Below are positions 32,752-42,744 of a DNA stretch of 64,000 nt, piece by piece. The notes under the pieces were generated by a model that did not search any database, had not been told where the DNA came from, and saw only the letters and a list, made by a program, of their open reading frames with translations. Location of the stretch: assembly GCA_963665095.1 (NCBI GenBank), contig OY762069.1:1504001-1568000 (forward strand). The letters are read 5' to 3'. Positions within the stretch are counted from its first letter, which is position 1. The number at the start of each line of letters is the position of its first letter. Position numbers and translations under genes: made by a program. The DNA comes from an uncultured Desulfobacter sp. (GTDB lineage: Bacteria; Desulfobacterota; Desulfobacteria; Desulfobacterales; Desulfobacteraceae).

Positions 32752-32997
32752 ATTTTAAAATTTAGCAAACATCAAAGCGAGAAGAATCAGTTTGGACAAA
32801 ATCTGACTGTCAGGGCCGTCTTGAAAATGCAGCCAAATCCCCGGTTTGAAAATGTATGTTCTTAGCTGGTTTTTCTTCTCTTAAAAATCAAATTTAAAAA
32901 TTTCGTCTTCTTCATTTTTTTCCTTTCTTTGCCCTATGCTTTTTTCCGTACATACTGATCTTATTCATGTCTGATTTGAATCGGAGGCAATATGTAG

Positions 32998-33564
32998 ATG
33001 GGACTACTCAAGAAAAGAAGGTGCCGAAATTGTAGAAGATTATTCGCTCCTAATCCAAGAAATATAGACTCTCAAAAATACTGTTCCAGATCTGAGTGCA
33101 GAAAAGCCAGCAAAAGGTGCAGCCAGAAAAAATGGCTGAACAAGCCTGAAAATCGAAACTACTTTTGTGGGCCTGCCCATGTTGAACGTGTTCAGGAATG
33201 GAGAAAGAAGAATCCCGGATATTGGAAGAAGACCAAAAGCCCAGATACGTTACAAGACTCGATATTGCCCCAACAGGCTGAAAATAAACAGGATTCAACG
33301 CAATTCATGGACAATGCGTTACAAGATTTCTTACGGGCGCAACCTCCTGTCATTATAGGGTTAATCGCCAACTTTACAGGCAGTGCGTTACAAGATGACA
33401 TCGCTTCCACGCTCCTTCGTATGAAAAAATACGGGCAAGACATTTTATGTTCACAACCCCAAAAAGAAGGAGAGCAAAATGATTGCAAAGGCCCCCATTT
33501 TACCATCCAGGGTTCGAAAAACACCCCAAAGCTTCAGTTGGATCGATCATCGCCTGGTGCGTGA
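32998..33564 (+). CDS. Hypothetical protein with a Cys4 (putative zinc) N-terminus, inside IS21
   Basis: CRNC...YCSRSEC motif; GGAGG RBS. Confidence 0.6.
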   Translation: MGLLKKRRCRNCRRLFAPNPRNIDSQKYCSRSECRKASKRCSQKKWLNKPENRNYFCGPAHVERVQEWRKKNPGYWKKTKSPDTLQDSILPQQAENKQDSTQFMDNALQDFLRAQPPVIIGLIANFTGSALQDDIASTLLRMKKYGQDILCSQPQKEGEQNDCKGPHFTIQGSKNTPKLQLDRSSPGA

Positions 33565-33865
33565 ACGGCACATTGACAGGTGTACACACTCCCAGTCCGC
33601 CCTATATCTGTTTCTGGTGTGTGTGGCCGACAGTCAAGGCATCAGCTACTATGGAGATAAGGCGATCATGGATCGGCTGTGCATGGATTCTGATGGCCTG
33701 AAGACAGCACGTTCCGGGTTAATACAGAATGGGCTGATTGCCTGGCAGAGACCTATTTACCAGGTGCTTGCCCTTGACCCTGCTCCTGGTAAATCAAAAC
33801 GGCACGGCTCCATGCTGCGTCTTTCAGATATTCTAAAAGCAGCAGCGGAGGGCAACCATGATTGA
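33479..33865 (+). CDS. Hypothetical protein, possible winged helix, inside IS21
   Basis: AAGGAG RBS; FSWIDHRLV...LYLFL...SYY; overlaps the istA start. Confidence 0.6.
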   Translation: MIAKAPILPSRVRKTPQSFSWIDHRLVRERHIDRCTHSQSALYLFLVCVADSQGISYYGDKAIMDRLCMDSDGLKTARSGLIQNGLIAWQRPIYQVLALDPAPGKSKRHGSMLRLSDILKAAAEGNHD

Positions 33866-35333
33866 TTACGAAACCTATGTTCAAATCAGAAATTACTTTA
33901 CCCGAGACGGCCTGACATACAGCCAGATTGCCAATGCCCTTGATCTGGACCCCAGGACAGTTGCCAGGTGGGCCAACCTGAAAAGGTACCAGCCCAGACA
34001 GTCAGCCCCCAGAGAAAGCAAGCTTGATCCGTATAAGAACGCCATCCTGCATATGCTTGAAAAACATCCCTACAGTTCCCGCCAGATATTTCAACGAATC
34101 ACCCAGGATGGTTTTGCCGGGGGCATCACCATTGTTGAGGATTATGTCAGGAAGGTGCGGCCGCCCAAAACAAAGGCGTATTTGAAACTGAGTTTTGCTC
34201 CGGGTGAAGCTGCCCAGGTGGACTGGGGTTCTTATAGTACAGTAAGGGTGGGCAACACGACCCGGCGGTTGAGCTTTTTTGTGATGGTGATGTGCCACAG
34301 CCGCATGATGTACGTTGAGTTCACGGTCTCCCAGACCATGGAGCATTTTTTAGGCTGCCACCAGAATGCATTTGAGTTTTTTGGAAAGGTGCCGGAAAAG
34401 GTCATGGTGGACAATCTCAAATCCGCTGTTCTAAAAAGACTGCTGGGGAAAGCCCCGGTCTTCAACCCCAGATACCTTGATTTTGCAGATTATTACGGAT
34501 TTACAATTGTTCCCTGTAATGTGCGCAAGGGTAATGAAAAAGGCCGGGTTGAAAATGCTGTGGGCTATGTCAAAAAGAATCTGCTCAACGGTCTTGAAAT
34601 CCCTGATTTTAAGATCATGGAGCCCACCTGCAAACACTGGCTTGATACTGTCGCCAATGTCAGAACCCACGGAGAGACCGGTCAAAAGCCCGCAGAGATG
34701 TATGCCCTGGAATTGCCCCACCTATACCCTCTGCCGTCAGAACCCTATGATATCGGTGTGGTAAAGCAGGTACGGGCTTCAAGACAGTACAGGGTAGTCA
34801 TCGATACAAATGCTTACACAGTACCCGCCCAGCTGGCAGGGGTGGCTTTGACTGCCAAGCTTTACCCTGATCGGATCTGCTTTTACCATGAAGACAAGTT
34901 GGTTGCCCGCCATGTCAGATCCTATGGCCGCAAAAACGACCTTGAAGATCCTGATCACTCTAAAATCCTTTTGAGCCAGCGCAAAAAGGCCAGAGACCAG
35001 GCAATTTATATGCGTTTTTTAAGCCTCTCTGACAAGGCCCGGGAGTATTACAGGCAATTGCAGAACAGGCGGCTTAACGCCTCCCATCATGTACGGCAAA
35101 TCGTGGCCTTGAGTGAAATCTACTCCCGGGAACAAGTTGCCATGGCCATTGAAGATGCCTTTAAGTTCTCTGCATTCTCATGTGAATACATCGCCAACCT
35201 CCTTGAGCAGCGGGTTCGGTCTCCCCAGGAGCCCGGAGCCCTGCATGTTACACATAAAGCAGATTTACTGAACCTGACAATCCAGGAGCCTGATCTTAAT
35301 ATTTATACCGCCATAGGAGATAAAAATGCCTGA
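33858..35333 (+). CDS. istA: IS21-family transposase IstA
   Basis: N-terminal HTH; AQVDWG, VDNLKSAV and EKGRVENAV (DDE) motifs. Confidence 0.93.
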   Translation: MIDYETYVQIRNYFTRDGLTYSQIANALDLDPRTVARWANLKRYQPRQSAPRESKLDPYKNAILHMLEKHPYSSRQIFQRITQDGFAGGITIVEDYVRKVRPPKTKAYLKLSFAPGEAAQVDWGSYSTVRVGNTTRRLSFFVMVMCHSRMMYVEFTVSQTMEHFLGCHQNAFEFFGKVPEKVMVDNLKSAVLKRLLGKAPVFNPRYLDFADYYGFTIVPCNVRKGNEKGRVENAVGYVKKNLLNGLEIPDFKIMEPTCKHWLDTVANVRTHGETGQKPAEMYALELPHLYPLPSEPYDIGVVKQVRASRQYRVVIDTNAYTVPAQLAGVALTAKLYPDRICFYHEDKLVARHVRSYGRKNDLEDPDHSKILLSQRKKARDQAIYMRFLSLSDKAREYYRQLQNRRLNASHHVRQIVALSEIYSREQVAMAIEDAFKFSAFSCEYIANLLEQRVRSPQEPGALHVTHKADLLNLTIQEPDLNIYTAIGDKNA

Positions 35334-36060
35334 TCTTGAGAAATGCCTGTCCCACTTAAAACTACCTTATATCAGGGAAAACTATGAGTCAGTGGCTACC
35401 CTGGCTGCCCAGAAGCAATGGAGCCACGTTCAATATCTATCAGAGCTTGCCAGGCATGAATCACTACTGCGCCATGATAAAACCATCCAGCGCCGTATCC
35501 GTATGGCCAAGTTCCCGGTAATCAAAACCCTGGACCAGTTCAACTGGTCATGGCCCAGAAAAATCAATCAGGCTCAGATCCAGAATCTGTTCAGACTCAA
35601 GTTCATTGAAGAAAAGGGTAACATTATCGTGATCGGCCCGGTCGGTGTTGGGAAAACACATATTGCGACTGCTTTAGGTTACCAGGCCTGCCTGAAAAAC
35701 CATACGGTTCTGTTCTCTTCTGCCATTGATATCGTCAACAATCTGGTGGCAGCCCAGAAGGCGGGTCAGTTAAAGCAGGAACTGAGAAAATACCTCAAGC
35801 CAACTTTGTTGATCATGGATGAACTGGGCTACCTGCCCATTGACAAGATTGGGGCAGACCTGTTGTTCCAAATTATCAGTCAGCGCTATGAGCAAGGAGC
35901 CATCATAATAACCACAAACCGGGTGTTCAAAGATTGGCCGGAGATCTTCAACAATGACATGACATTAACATCAGCTTTGCTGGACAGGCTTCTTCACCAC
36001 ACCGAGCCTGTGGTCATTGAGGGTAAGAGTTTTAGAATGAAAGATGTGACGGAAGAATAA
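35326..36060 (+). CDS. istB: IS21 helper ATPase IstB
   Basis: GPVGVGKTH, MDELGYLP and ALLDRLLHH motifs. Confidence 0.93.
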   Translation: MPDLEKCLSHLKLPYIRENYESVATLAAQKQWSHVQYLSELARHESLLRHDKTIQRRIRMAKFPVIKTLDQFNWSWPRKINQAQIQNLFRLKFIEEKGNIIVIGPVGVGKTHIATALGYQACLKNHTVLFSSAIDIVNNLVAAQKAGQLKQELRKYLKPTLLIMDELGYLPIDKIGADLLFQIISQRYEQGAIIITTNRVFKDWPEIFNNDMTLTSALLDRLLHHTEPVVIEGKSFRMKDVTEE

Positions 36061-36363
36061 CAAAGCCGAGGCCGGTCTACATGCATCTGGAGGCCGGCCC
36101 TTTAATCGCCTACATTTTTAAACCGGGAGATTTATGACATGTTCACGCCCCGCCTGACATCTGACAGATGCCTATTTTGAAATATCTGTGAGTTTAAGTC
36201 TGAACTCTGCAAGGAGGCCTACCATTATTGGTTACCTGAATCGAAAATTTGGCCAGATCAAATCAAGGGTCTGAGGTGAAGACTACCCCTTGGTCAGCCT
36301 CTGTTTTTTAGTCGGTCGACCACCCCGGACTATCTGTAATTCTATGTAAATACAATATCACTC

Positions 36364-36405
36364 AGCCAATACAAGGATTGACAATGATTGTATTTTGGCT
36401 ATTAT
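36364..36405 (+). promoter_or_regulatory. Promoter of the TA operon with an overlapping inverted repeat (putative operator)
   Basis: TTGACA 36378-36383 and TATTAT 36400-36405; AGCCAATACAA / TTGTATTTTGGCT flank the -35 box. Confidence 0.55.
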
Positions 36406-36437
36406 GATATGTAGTTTTTTTAATAAGGAGGGCAGAT

Positions 36438-36686
36438 ATGCATATTTCATTGACACCTGAGCTTGAAAGCAAAGTTAAGCAAAAAGTAGCATCAGGTTTT
36501 TACAACAATGCCAGTGAAGTTATTCGGGACGCTTTGCGGTTCTGGGAAAAAAACGAAGAATTGGTTCAGTATATGAAACTTGAATTGTTAAAAGAACGTT
36601 TGGCGATTGGTGCGGATCAAGCTAAGCAGGGGAAATTTGTGGCGCAATCCGTAAGCGAAATTATTGCTGAGGCCAGGAATGCCTGA
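36438..36686 (+). CDS. parD: ParD-family (RHH) antitoxin
   Basis: MHISLTPELE...SGFYNNASEVIRDALR pattern; overlaps the toxin gene. Confidence 0.88.
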   Translation: MHISLTPELESKVKQKVASGFYNNASEVIRDALRFWEKNEELVQYMKLELLKERLAIGADQAKQGKFVAQSVSEIIAEARNA

Positions 36687-36972
36687 ATACCGACTTACGC
36701 CTTCAGCAAAATCAGATTTAATTGAAATTTGGCATTATACTGTTGAGACATGGGGGGAGCAACAAGCTGAAAGATATCTTCAAGACATTGAGGATACGCT
36801 TAATGAACTTGCTGCCAATCCGGGACTTGGAAGACGGCGACCTGAAATTTCCCCAGGATATTATTCCTTTCCAGCACGGAAACACATCATCTTCTATATT
36901 AACTCATATCGTCACATTGATATCATTGGCATTTTACATGGGAAAATGGATATCGATAAAAATCTAATGTAA
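36679..36972 (+). CDS. parE: ParE/RelE-family toxin
   Basis: YRLTPSAKSDLIEIWHYT..WGEQQAERY...HIIFY...ILHGKMD. Confidence 0.88.
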   Translation: MPEYRLTPSAKSDLIEIWHYTVETWGEQQAERYLQDIEDTLNELAANPGLGRRRPEISPGYYSFPARKHIIFYINSYRHIDIIGILHGKMDIDKNLM

Positions 36973-37052
36973 GGGGAAGACTACCTGCCGGCGAGGCTCC
37001 ATTTATCGTCTAAACAGCATGAGAATATACTGACTGTCACCAGAATGTAATT

Positions 37053-37960
37053 GTTATGCATGATTTGTTGAGGACAATATGAAAAGAATTTTATTGGCAG
37101 GATCAACGGGTTACTTGGGAGGCTATATTGCAAAGGAGCTTCAACAACGATCCTGTTTTTTCAGGACTATTGTCAGAAACCCCAAAAAACTAGAGAAAAA
37201 TGATATTAAAGCTGATGAACTGCTAAGGGCTGAACTTACTGACCCAGATTCCATCAAAGAGTGCTGCAAAGACATCAATGTCGTTATTTCAACGGTTGGC
37301 ATTACAAGGCAAAAAGATGGTCTTACCTATATGGATGTAGATTATCAAGCCAATATGAATTTGCTGAAAGAAGCCCAGAAAAGTGGAGTTAAGAAATTTA
37401 TTTATATTTCAGTCCTCAATGGTGAGAAGCTTCGTAATTTAAAAATATGCGACGCAAAAGAGCTGTTTGTCGAGCAGTTGAAACAGTCAGGCATCGATTA
37501 TTGTATTGTCCGTCCAAATGGGTTTTTCTCTGATATGTCAGAATTTTTTAATATGGCAAAAAAAGGAAGAATTTATCTTTTCGGAAAAGGAAAGTTAAAA
37601 GCCAATCCTATCCATGGTGAAGATTTGGCAACTTTTTGTGTAGATGCTATCGACAAGCCTGATAAAGAAGTTGAAATAGGTGGCCCCGAAACTCTCACTC
37701 AGGATGAGGTTGCATCGATAGCTTTTGGTATACTGGGTAAAAAACCAAAAATAACTCATCTTCCAGATTGGATAAGAATTGCTATCCTCAAACTGGTCAG
37801 GCTATTTACCGGAAGCAAGGTTTATGGACCAGTTGAATTTTTCATGACAGTGATGGCAATGGATATGCTTGCCCCGGAATTTGGTAAACACACGTTAAAA
37901 GAATACTTTATCGAATTGAATAACACCGATGCATAACAAAAGTACTGCTGGCGGACAAAT
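37053..37960 (+). other. Integron-type gene cassette boundaries with a truncated attC-like site
   Basis: GTTATGC (37053) upstream is the exact reverse complement of GCATAAC (37931), which overlaps the stop codon; followed by AAAAGTACTGCTGGCGGACAAAT. Confidence 0.55.
37079..37936 (+). CDS. Atypical SDR / NAD(P)-binding oxidoreductase
   Basis: GSTGYLG Rossmann motif, VDYQAN, VRPNGFF and NPIHGEDLA. Confidence 0.85.
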   Translation: MKRILLAGSTGYLGGYIAKELQQRSCFFRTIVRNPKKLEKNDIKADELLRAELTDPDSIKECCKDINVVISTVGITRQKDGLTYMDVDYQANMNLLKEAQKSGVKKFIYISVLNGEKLRNLKICDAKELFVEQLKQSGIDYCIVRPNGFFSDMSEFFNMAKKGRIYLFGKGKLKANPIHGEDLATFCVDAIDKPDKEVEIGGPETLTQDEVASIAFGILGKKPKITHLPDWIRIAILKLVRLFTGSKVYGPVEFFMTVMAMDMLAPEFGKHTLKEYFIELNNTDA

Positions 37961-38097
37961 CCGGGGAGCAACCTGTTTAAAGTGCGTGTAAACCGAGGGG
38001 GGCAAGGGAAAAAATCCGCATTCAGGACAATAATTGCATATAAAAAAGAGTTAAACTCACTGTCAATCAACTAAGCAGGGGATAATTGTTATCGTGT

Positions 38098-38898
38098 TTA
38101 ACCCATGGTCCATGTAAAGCCTGCCCGAACCGGGTAGTGGTCGGATGGGAAAAGGCCGTTAAATGACTCCTGTATCACCTGTTCAGATATTGCAGACAGG
38201 CCGTTTCTGTATAGAATCCAATCAATGTGAAGCCCTGTTTCTGCCCCTTTGAAATCATGGAAGGTGGTGACGGATTTTTCTTCCAGGACCAGGCCAAACC
38301 CCTGGGATTTGAATACATGGTGGGCCGATGATCCCGGGATGGTGTTAAAGTCGCCTGTGACGATCTGCGGTATTCCTCTTGGAAAGCGGTTTAAAAAATC
38401 CAGGACCAGGCCTGCGCTTTTTTGCTGGACATCGGATGTAAAATCAAAATGGGTGTTGGCTATGAGCAGGTGCTGATTTCCCTTTTTAAACCACCCGATC
38501 ACGCACTGCCGGGGCCATCTGGCACCCGAAAGCCTGGAGGGAATGTCCGGTGTCCGGCTTAGAAAAAAGTGGCGGTGGCCCAGGCATTCCCAGGATGAAT
38601 GGAACAGGATCAGGTTGTTCTGCCACCAGTTTACCTGCTTGTTGTACCAGCCAATGTGGCCGTGGTGCATGAGTAGCCGGGTCAAAAATTCAGCCTGGAA
38701 ATGGTTCACCTCCTGGAAACCGATAAAATCGCAGGGGTAATCTTCCATAATTTTTGCAACCAGGTCTTTTCGGTTTTTCCAGGCATGGATGCCATCCCTG
38801 GCCAGGCCGAACCTTAGATTCATCGTCATGATGGTGACCGGACTGCCGGTACTGTTGTTGTCCTTTTCGGGGACAGTTATGAAGGAGGTCTGTGTCAT
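38098..38898 (-). CDS. Endonuclease/exonuclease/phosphatase family protein
   Basis: TMNLR, GFQE, NTHFD, TGDFN, IDWI and PSDHYPV motifs. Confidence 0.9.
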   Translation of the reverse strand: MTQTSFITVPEKDNNSTGSPVTIMTMNLRFGLARDGIHAWKNRKDLVAKIMEDYPCDFIGFQEVNHFQAEFLTRLLMHHGHIGWYNKQVNWWQNNLILFHSSWECLGHRHFFLSRTPDIPSRLSGARWPRQCVIGWFKKGNQHLLIANTHFDFTSDVQQKSAGLVLDFLNRFPRGIPQIVTGDFNTIPGSSAHHVFKSQGFGLVLEEKSVTTFHDFKGAETGLHIDWILYRNGLSAISEQVIQESFNGLFPSDHYPVRAGFTWTMG

Positions 38899-39175
38899 CA
38901 GGTTTTAACATGCGCTATTCCCTTCTGCCTGTCAACACCCGGTTGTGCTCCCTTTATCTTTCCCGGACAGCGCCCCTGGAAAACGCTTGGGATACTGTGC
39001 TGGAAAACCCTGTCACATCCGCCCTGCTTCTATCCAAAAATATTAAATAACCGGTGTTACTCTACCGCAGACCGGACACAGTGGTTACCGCCAGGATAGA
39101 AAGAAGGGAACGTTTTTAACCGGTCCTGTTCAGGAAAATCATTGATCAGCATACCGGAACAAGACCGGGTGGGCA

Positions 39176-39364
39176 TTATTTTTCAAACTGGAGTCCCCGT
39201 CCGTCATCACAGGGATCCGGCCCGTCATCATTGGGTCTTGCATGTTCGGCCCAGGCATGGTCCGAGGTGCAGGTGTCCAGATCTTCAGCATTGGCCTGTA
39301 TCCGGGAAAAATTTTGTGTATCGGTCTTACCTGACTTCTGGTCTGCACGGGTTTGATTTGACAT
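39176..39364 (-). CDS. Small acidic hypothetical protein (62 aa)
   Basis: AAAGGAGGA RBS before ATG; C...AEHAR...PCDDGR motif. Confidence 0.55.
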   Translation of the reverse strand: MSNQTRADQKSGKTDTQNFSRIQANAEDLDTCTSDHAWAEHARPNDDGPDPCDDGRGLQFEK

Positions 39365-40336
39365 GATTGATCCTCCTTTCAAAAGGGTCGTAATTTTTAC
39401 AAAACTGCTTTGCACTCGTACATTTCAACGCCTGGTGTTTCCATGTCCGGCTCTTCCCTGTCTATTGTATCAACAATCTGCCGAAACGCATCACGAAGTG
39501 TCTCTTCCAGGGATGGGTGGTAAAACGGCATGGCCAGGATTTGTTCGGCGGTCAGGCCGGAAGAAATTGCCCAGGCAAGCATTTGCCCGAGATGCTCTCC
39601 CTGGGGAGCGACCATCTCAGCCCCAAGAACCTTGCCTGTTTCCGGATCCCCGTAAATATGAATTTTCCCTTCATTGGCATGCTGCATCAACGCCCGGCCA
39701 TTAGATTTAAAATCGGATTTTCCTGTCACAAAGTCTGTTTTTCCCCGAATCAGGGTGTTGTGAAACTTCCCCACCTTTACAATATTCGGCGAAGAAAATG
39801 TGATTTCCAGGGGCACCCGCCGCTGGAAACCAGTGATTTCATCGGCCACAGCATTGATGCCGGCGATGCGGCCTTCATCTGTGGCTTCATGCAGCAGCGG
39901 TGTATCCCGGTTAACGTCTCCTGCAAAAAAGACAGGGGCACCGATCACCTTGAGTGTATTTCGGTCATATTCGGGCATGCCGTTTTGATCCAGGGGGACA
40001 TTCAGGTTTTCAAGCCCAAGAGATCTAACGTTGGGCTTCCGCCCCATGGCCGTGAGCACCGTTTCTGCCGGCCACTGTTTATCGGCACATCCCACCAGTA
40101 CTTCATTGCCGGACAACTGCCGGATCTCGGCTGTCCCCTGGTACAATTCAATTTGTCTGGAAAACGTATCCACGGCAAATTCCTGCAACTCAGGATCACT
40201 TAAACCGCCAAGCCGCTTATTCCGGGTAACGGCAAACACCTTTACCCCAAGCCGGCTTAAGGCCTGGCCGATCTCAAGACCAATGGGGCCTAAGCCAAAT
40301 ACGGTCATCTGTAAGCGGTGTATTAACCGCACCTTT

Positions 40337-41962
40337 TTAAGCCTGGCGGGGTGTTGTATAGTTGGATTCCAGCAAATGTTTATCTACGTTTTGTGGCATC
40401 AAGGCTTTGAATTCGTCCTCTGTCATGGCTTCCGGTAAATTTTCAAAGAGAAATTTGAGGTACCAGTAAGATTCAAGTCCATTGGCCTTGGCGGTTTCGA
40501 TCAGGCTATAAATGCAGGCACTGGCGCTGGCGCCCTCGGATGTACAAGAAAACAACCAGTTTTTTCTACCGACCACAAAGGGTCTTATGGCATTTTCAAC
40601 CACATTATTGTCCGGCATTACCAGGCCACTTTCCGTATACAGGACCAACCGATGCCATTGATTAAGGGTGTAGTTGATGGCCTTACCAAGAAGACTTTTG
40701 GGCGGCACTTTCTCAACTTGAGCATCCAACCATTTTTTAAATTCATCAAGGATAGGCAAGGCTTGTTCCTGTCTATTCCGGTAAAGTCCCTCAGCAGACA
40801 AACCAAGTTCTTTGGCCTCTTTCTCTATTTTATATAACTTGCTGATGTACTTCAGGGCTTTGCCTGCGATTCCCGTCGGGTTGCCATTTTTATTTCCGGC
40901 AGCTTTGGACACAGCCATGAACTTTCGACGTGCGTGTACCCAACACGCAATATGAATAATTCCCACGATATGATCAAGAAAGTCATAGCCAGCATAGCCA
41001 TCCGTCTGGACAATACCTTGATAATCGTTCAAAAAATTCCGGGCAACATCCCCGGATCGAGTTGCGTGATACTGGAACAGAATAATGGGATTATCCGGTG
41101 CCCCTCCTTTGAACACCCACATATAGCATTTTGACCGTTTGGGTTCTTTAAGAACCTGGACTGTTGTTTCATCAATATTTATCACTGGGCCTTTAAGGAT
41201 TTCACCCTCCATATATTCCAGCAGGATCTCACAGGCTTGGGCCACTTTCATAGCCCAATTGCACATATTGGATCTGTGGATGTCTACTCCAATTCGCTTA
41301 AACTGTTTTTCCTGCCGGTAGAAGGGTAAAGCATCTGCGAATTTGGCTGTCATTATATGGGCCAAAAGCCCTGGGGCTGCAATGCTCTTGGGAATCATTT
41401 GTTCCGGCATTCTTGCGATGGACACTGTTGGCCCATCATCTTCAACACCTTCGCAGTTTTTACAGGCGTATTTATAGCGGATGTTTCTGATTACTCTCAT
41501 TTGTGCCGGAATAATTTCAAGCTGTTCAGATTCTTCTTTGCCGCAACGGGATTTCATGCAGCCACAGGCACATATTTTTTCTTCCTCGGTCAGATCGTGG
41601 ATCACTTCAACCCGTGGAAGGTTTTCAGGCAAAGGTCTACGCCCTGGCTTCTTTCGATTATGGGCAGGCACGCTGATTTCTTCGGGTTCGTCCAATATAG
41701 GCGTATCCGGCTCAAAAGTATCAAAAAGGGATAGTTGACCGTCATTCTTATGGATTTTTTCTGTCTTTTTACCAAAAAGCTGGTCCCGAAGGCTTTTAAT
41801 CTGTTCGTTGAGAATTTTGATTTCGGCTTTATAATTGTGCTCTCTATCTGAAAAATCATTGACAAAACAAGCCATCATTTCTTTTAATTTCTCAACGTCA
41901 TTTATGTCTGCAAAAGCCTCTTTATTCATGCGTTGTATATACCATAACCACGCGGTTTTCAC
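40337..41962 (-). CDS. tnpC: IS66 transposase TnpC (start may be 41929)
   Basis: IDETTVQV, QTDGYAGY, CWVHARRKF, DNNVVENAIR and GRKNWLF motifs. Confidence 0.92.
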   Translation of the reverse strand: MKTAWLWYIQRMNKEAFADINDVEKLKEMMACFVNDFSDREHNYKAEIKILNEQIKSLRDQLFGKKTEKIHKNDGQLSLFDTFEPDTPILDEPEEISVPAHNRKKPGRRPLPENLPRVEVIHDLTEEEKICACGCMKSRCGKEESEQLEIIPAQMRVIRNIRYKYACKNCEGVEDDGPTVSIARMPEQMIPKSIAAPGLLAHIMTAKFADALPFYRQEKQFKRIGVDIHRSNMCNWAMKVAQACEILLEYMEGEILKGPVINIDETTVQVLKEPKRSKCYMWVFKGGAPDNPIILFQYHATRSGDVARNFLNDYQGIVQTDGYAGYDFLDHIVGIIHIACWVHARRKFMAVSKAAGNKNGNPTGIAGKALKYISKLYKIEKEAKELGLSAEGLYRNRQEQALPILDEFKKWLDAQVEKVPPKSLLGKAINYTLNQWHRLVLYTESGLVMPDNNVVENAIRPFVVGRKNWLFSCTSEGASASACIYSLIETAKANGLESYWYLKFLFENLPEAMTEDEFKALMPQNVDKHLLESNYTTPRQA

Positions 41963-41974
41963 CAGTTTTTATGA

Positions 41975-42334
41975 TCAAAAAACAGCCGAATATTTTAATG
42001 ATTTATGTGCTTTTTCCTGACGAATAGAAAGTCCGTCCATCAGCCAGGAAAGCTCTTTTGCTCCGATGGTCAAAATCTGTTCTTTTGACTTGGGCCATTG
42101 GAAATAATCCTTTTCCAAGCGCTTGTGCCAAAGACAGAATCCATTGCGATCCCAATACAAGATTTTCAATATATTCCGTTTCCGGTTACAGAATACAAAC
42201 ATGTGTCCTGAAAATGGATCCAAATTTAACTTTCCGCTTACAAGTATGGATAGCCCATCAATGGCCTTGCGCATATCAGTGCTTCCAAGTGCGATATGAA
42301 TTTTTAAATTCTGGGTGGGAGAAAACATCAGCAC
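41975..42334 (-). CDS. tnpB: IS66 accessory protein TnpB
   Basis: DMRKAIDGL, FVFCNRKR and KILYWDRNGF motifs. Confidence 0.92.
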   Translation of the reverse strand: MLMFSPTQNLKIHIALGSTDMRKAIDGLSILVSGKLNLDPFSGHMFVFCNRKRNILKILYWDRNGFCLWHKRLEKDYFQWPKSKEQILTIGAKELSWLMDGLSIRQEKAHKSLKYSAVF

Positions 42335-42660
42335 CGCCTCAATACTTGAAGCACCTGGGCCAGGGTTGTTTGGGAAAAGCCATCCGGTATTTCGATCTGA
42401 AATCCGTTATCTGTATTCAACGCTAAGCCTTTTCGTTCAGAAAGGCTTAGCGCCTGGCTAATCTGCGTTGAAGGGACCTGAACAAATTCAGGGACAATTG
42501 CCTGGCTTTTGAATTTCATTTTCCAGTATGTAAATTGATTGGGTCTCAAATCATTTTGCTTGCAGTATGCATTTTGGGACATACCCGATTCAGACCATTG
42601 TTTAATGTGGTAATTCCAGAACTGGGTTAGATTTTGGTTTTTCTTCTCTGTCTCTGACAT
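42328..42660 (-). CDS. tnpA: IS66 accessory protein TnpA
   Basis: W..SGMSQNAYC...FTYW HTH pattern. Confidence 0.85.
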   Translation of the reverse strand: MSETEKKNQNLTQFWNYHIKQWSESGMSQNAYCKQNDLRPNQFTYWKMKFKSQAIVPEFVQVPSTQISQALSLSERKGLALNTDNGFQIEIPDGFSQTTLAQVLQVLRRC

Positions 42661-42744
42661 ATGATGGGCCTCCGTTAATTAAAAGTTGGCTCATCATCTC
42701 ATGTCATTCTCATGATTTGTAGATGGGGTTTTTTAAACGCTTAC

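Larger units (their letters stand above)
32808..36159 (+). mobile_element. IS21-family element with two extra upstream ORFs, 3352 bp
   Basis: TGTCAGG...CCTGACA ends with subterminal TTGAAAATG-type repeats; 6-bp target duplication TCTGAC (32802-32807 / 36160-36165). Confidence 0.9.
40311..42744 (-). mobile_element. IS66-family element, copy A
   Basis: GTAAGCG...CGCTTAC ends around tnpA, tnpB and tnpC. Confidence 0.95.

Noticed and set aside
32752..36275. About 54 open codons in frame after the TGA of the coiled-coil gene once IS21 is removed (read-through or selenocysteine?)
   Set aside because: No SECIS-like hairpin or motif seen; this length can arise by chance
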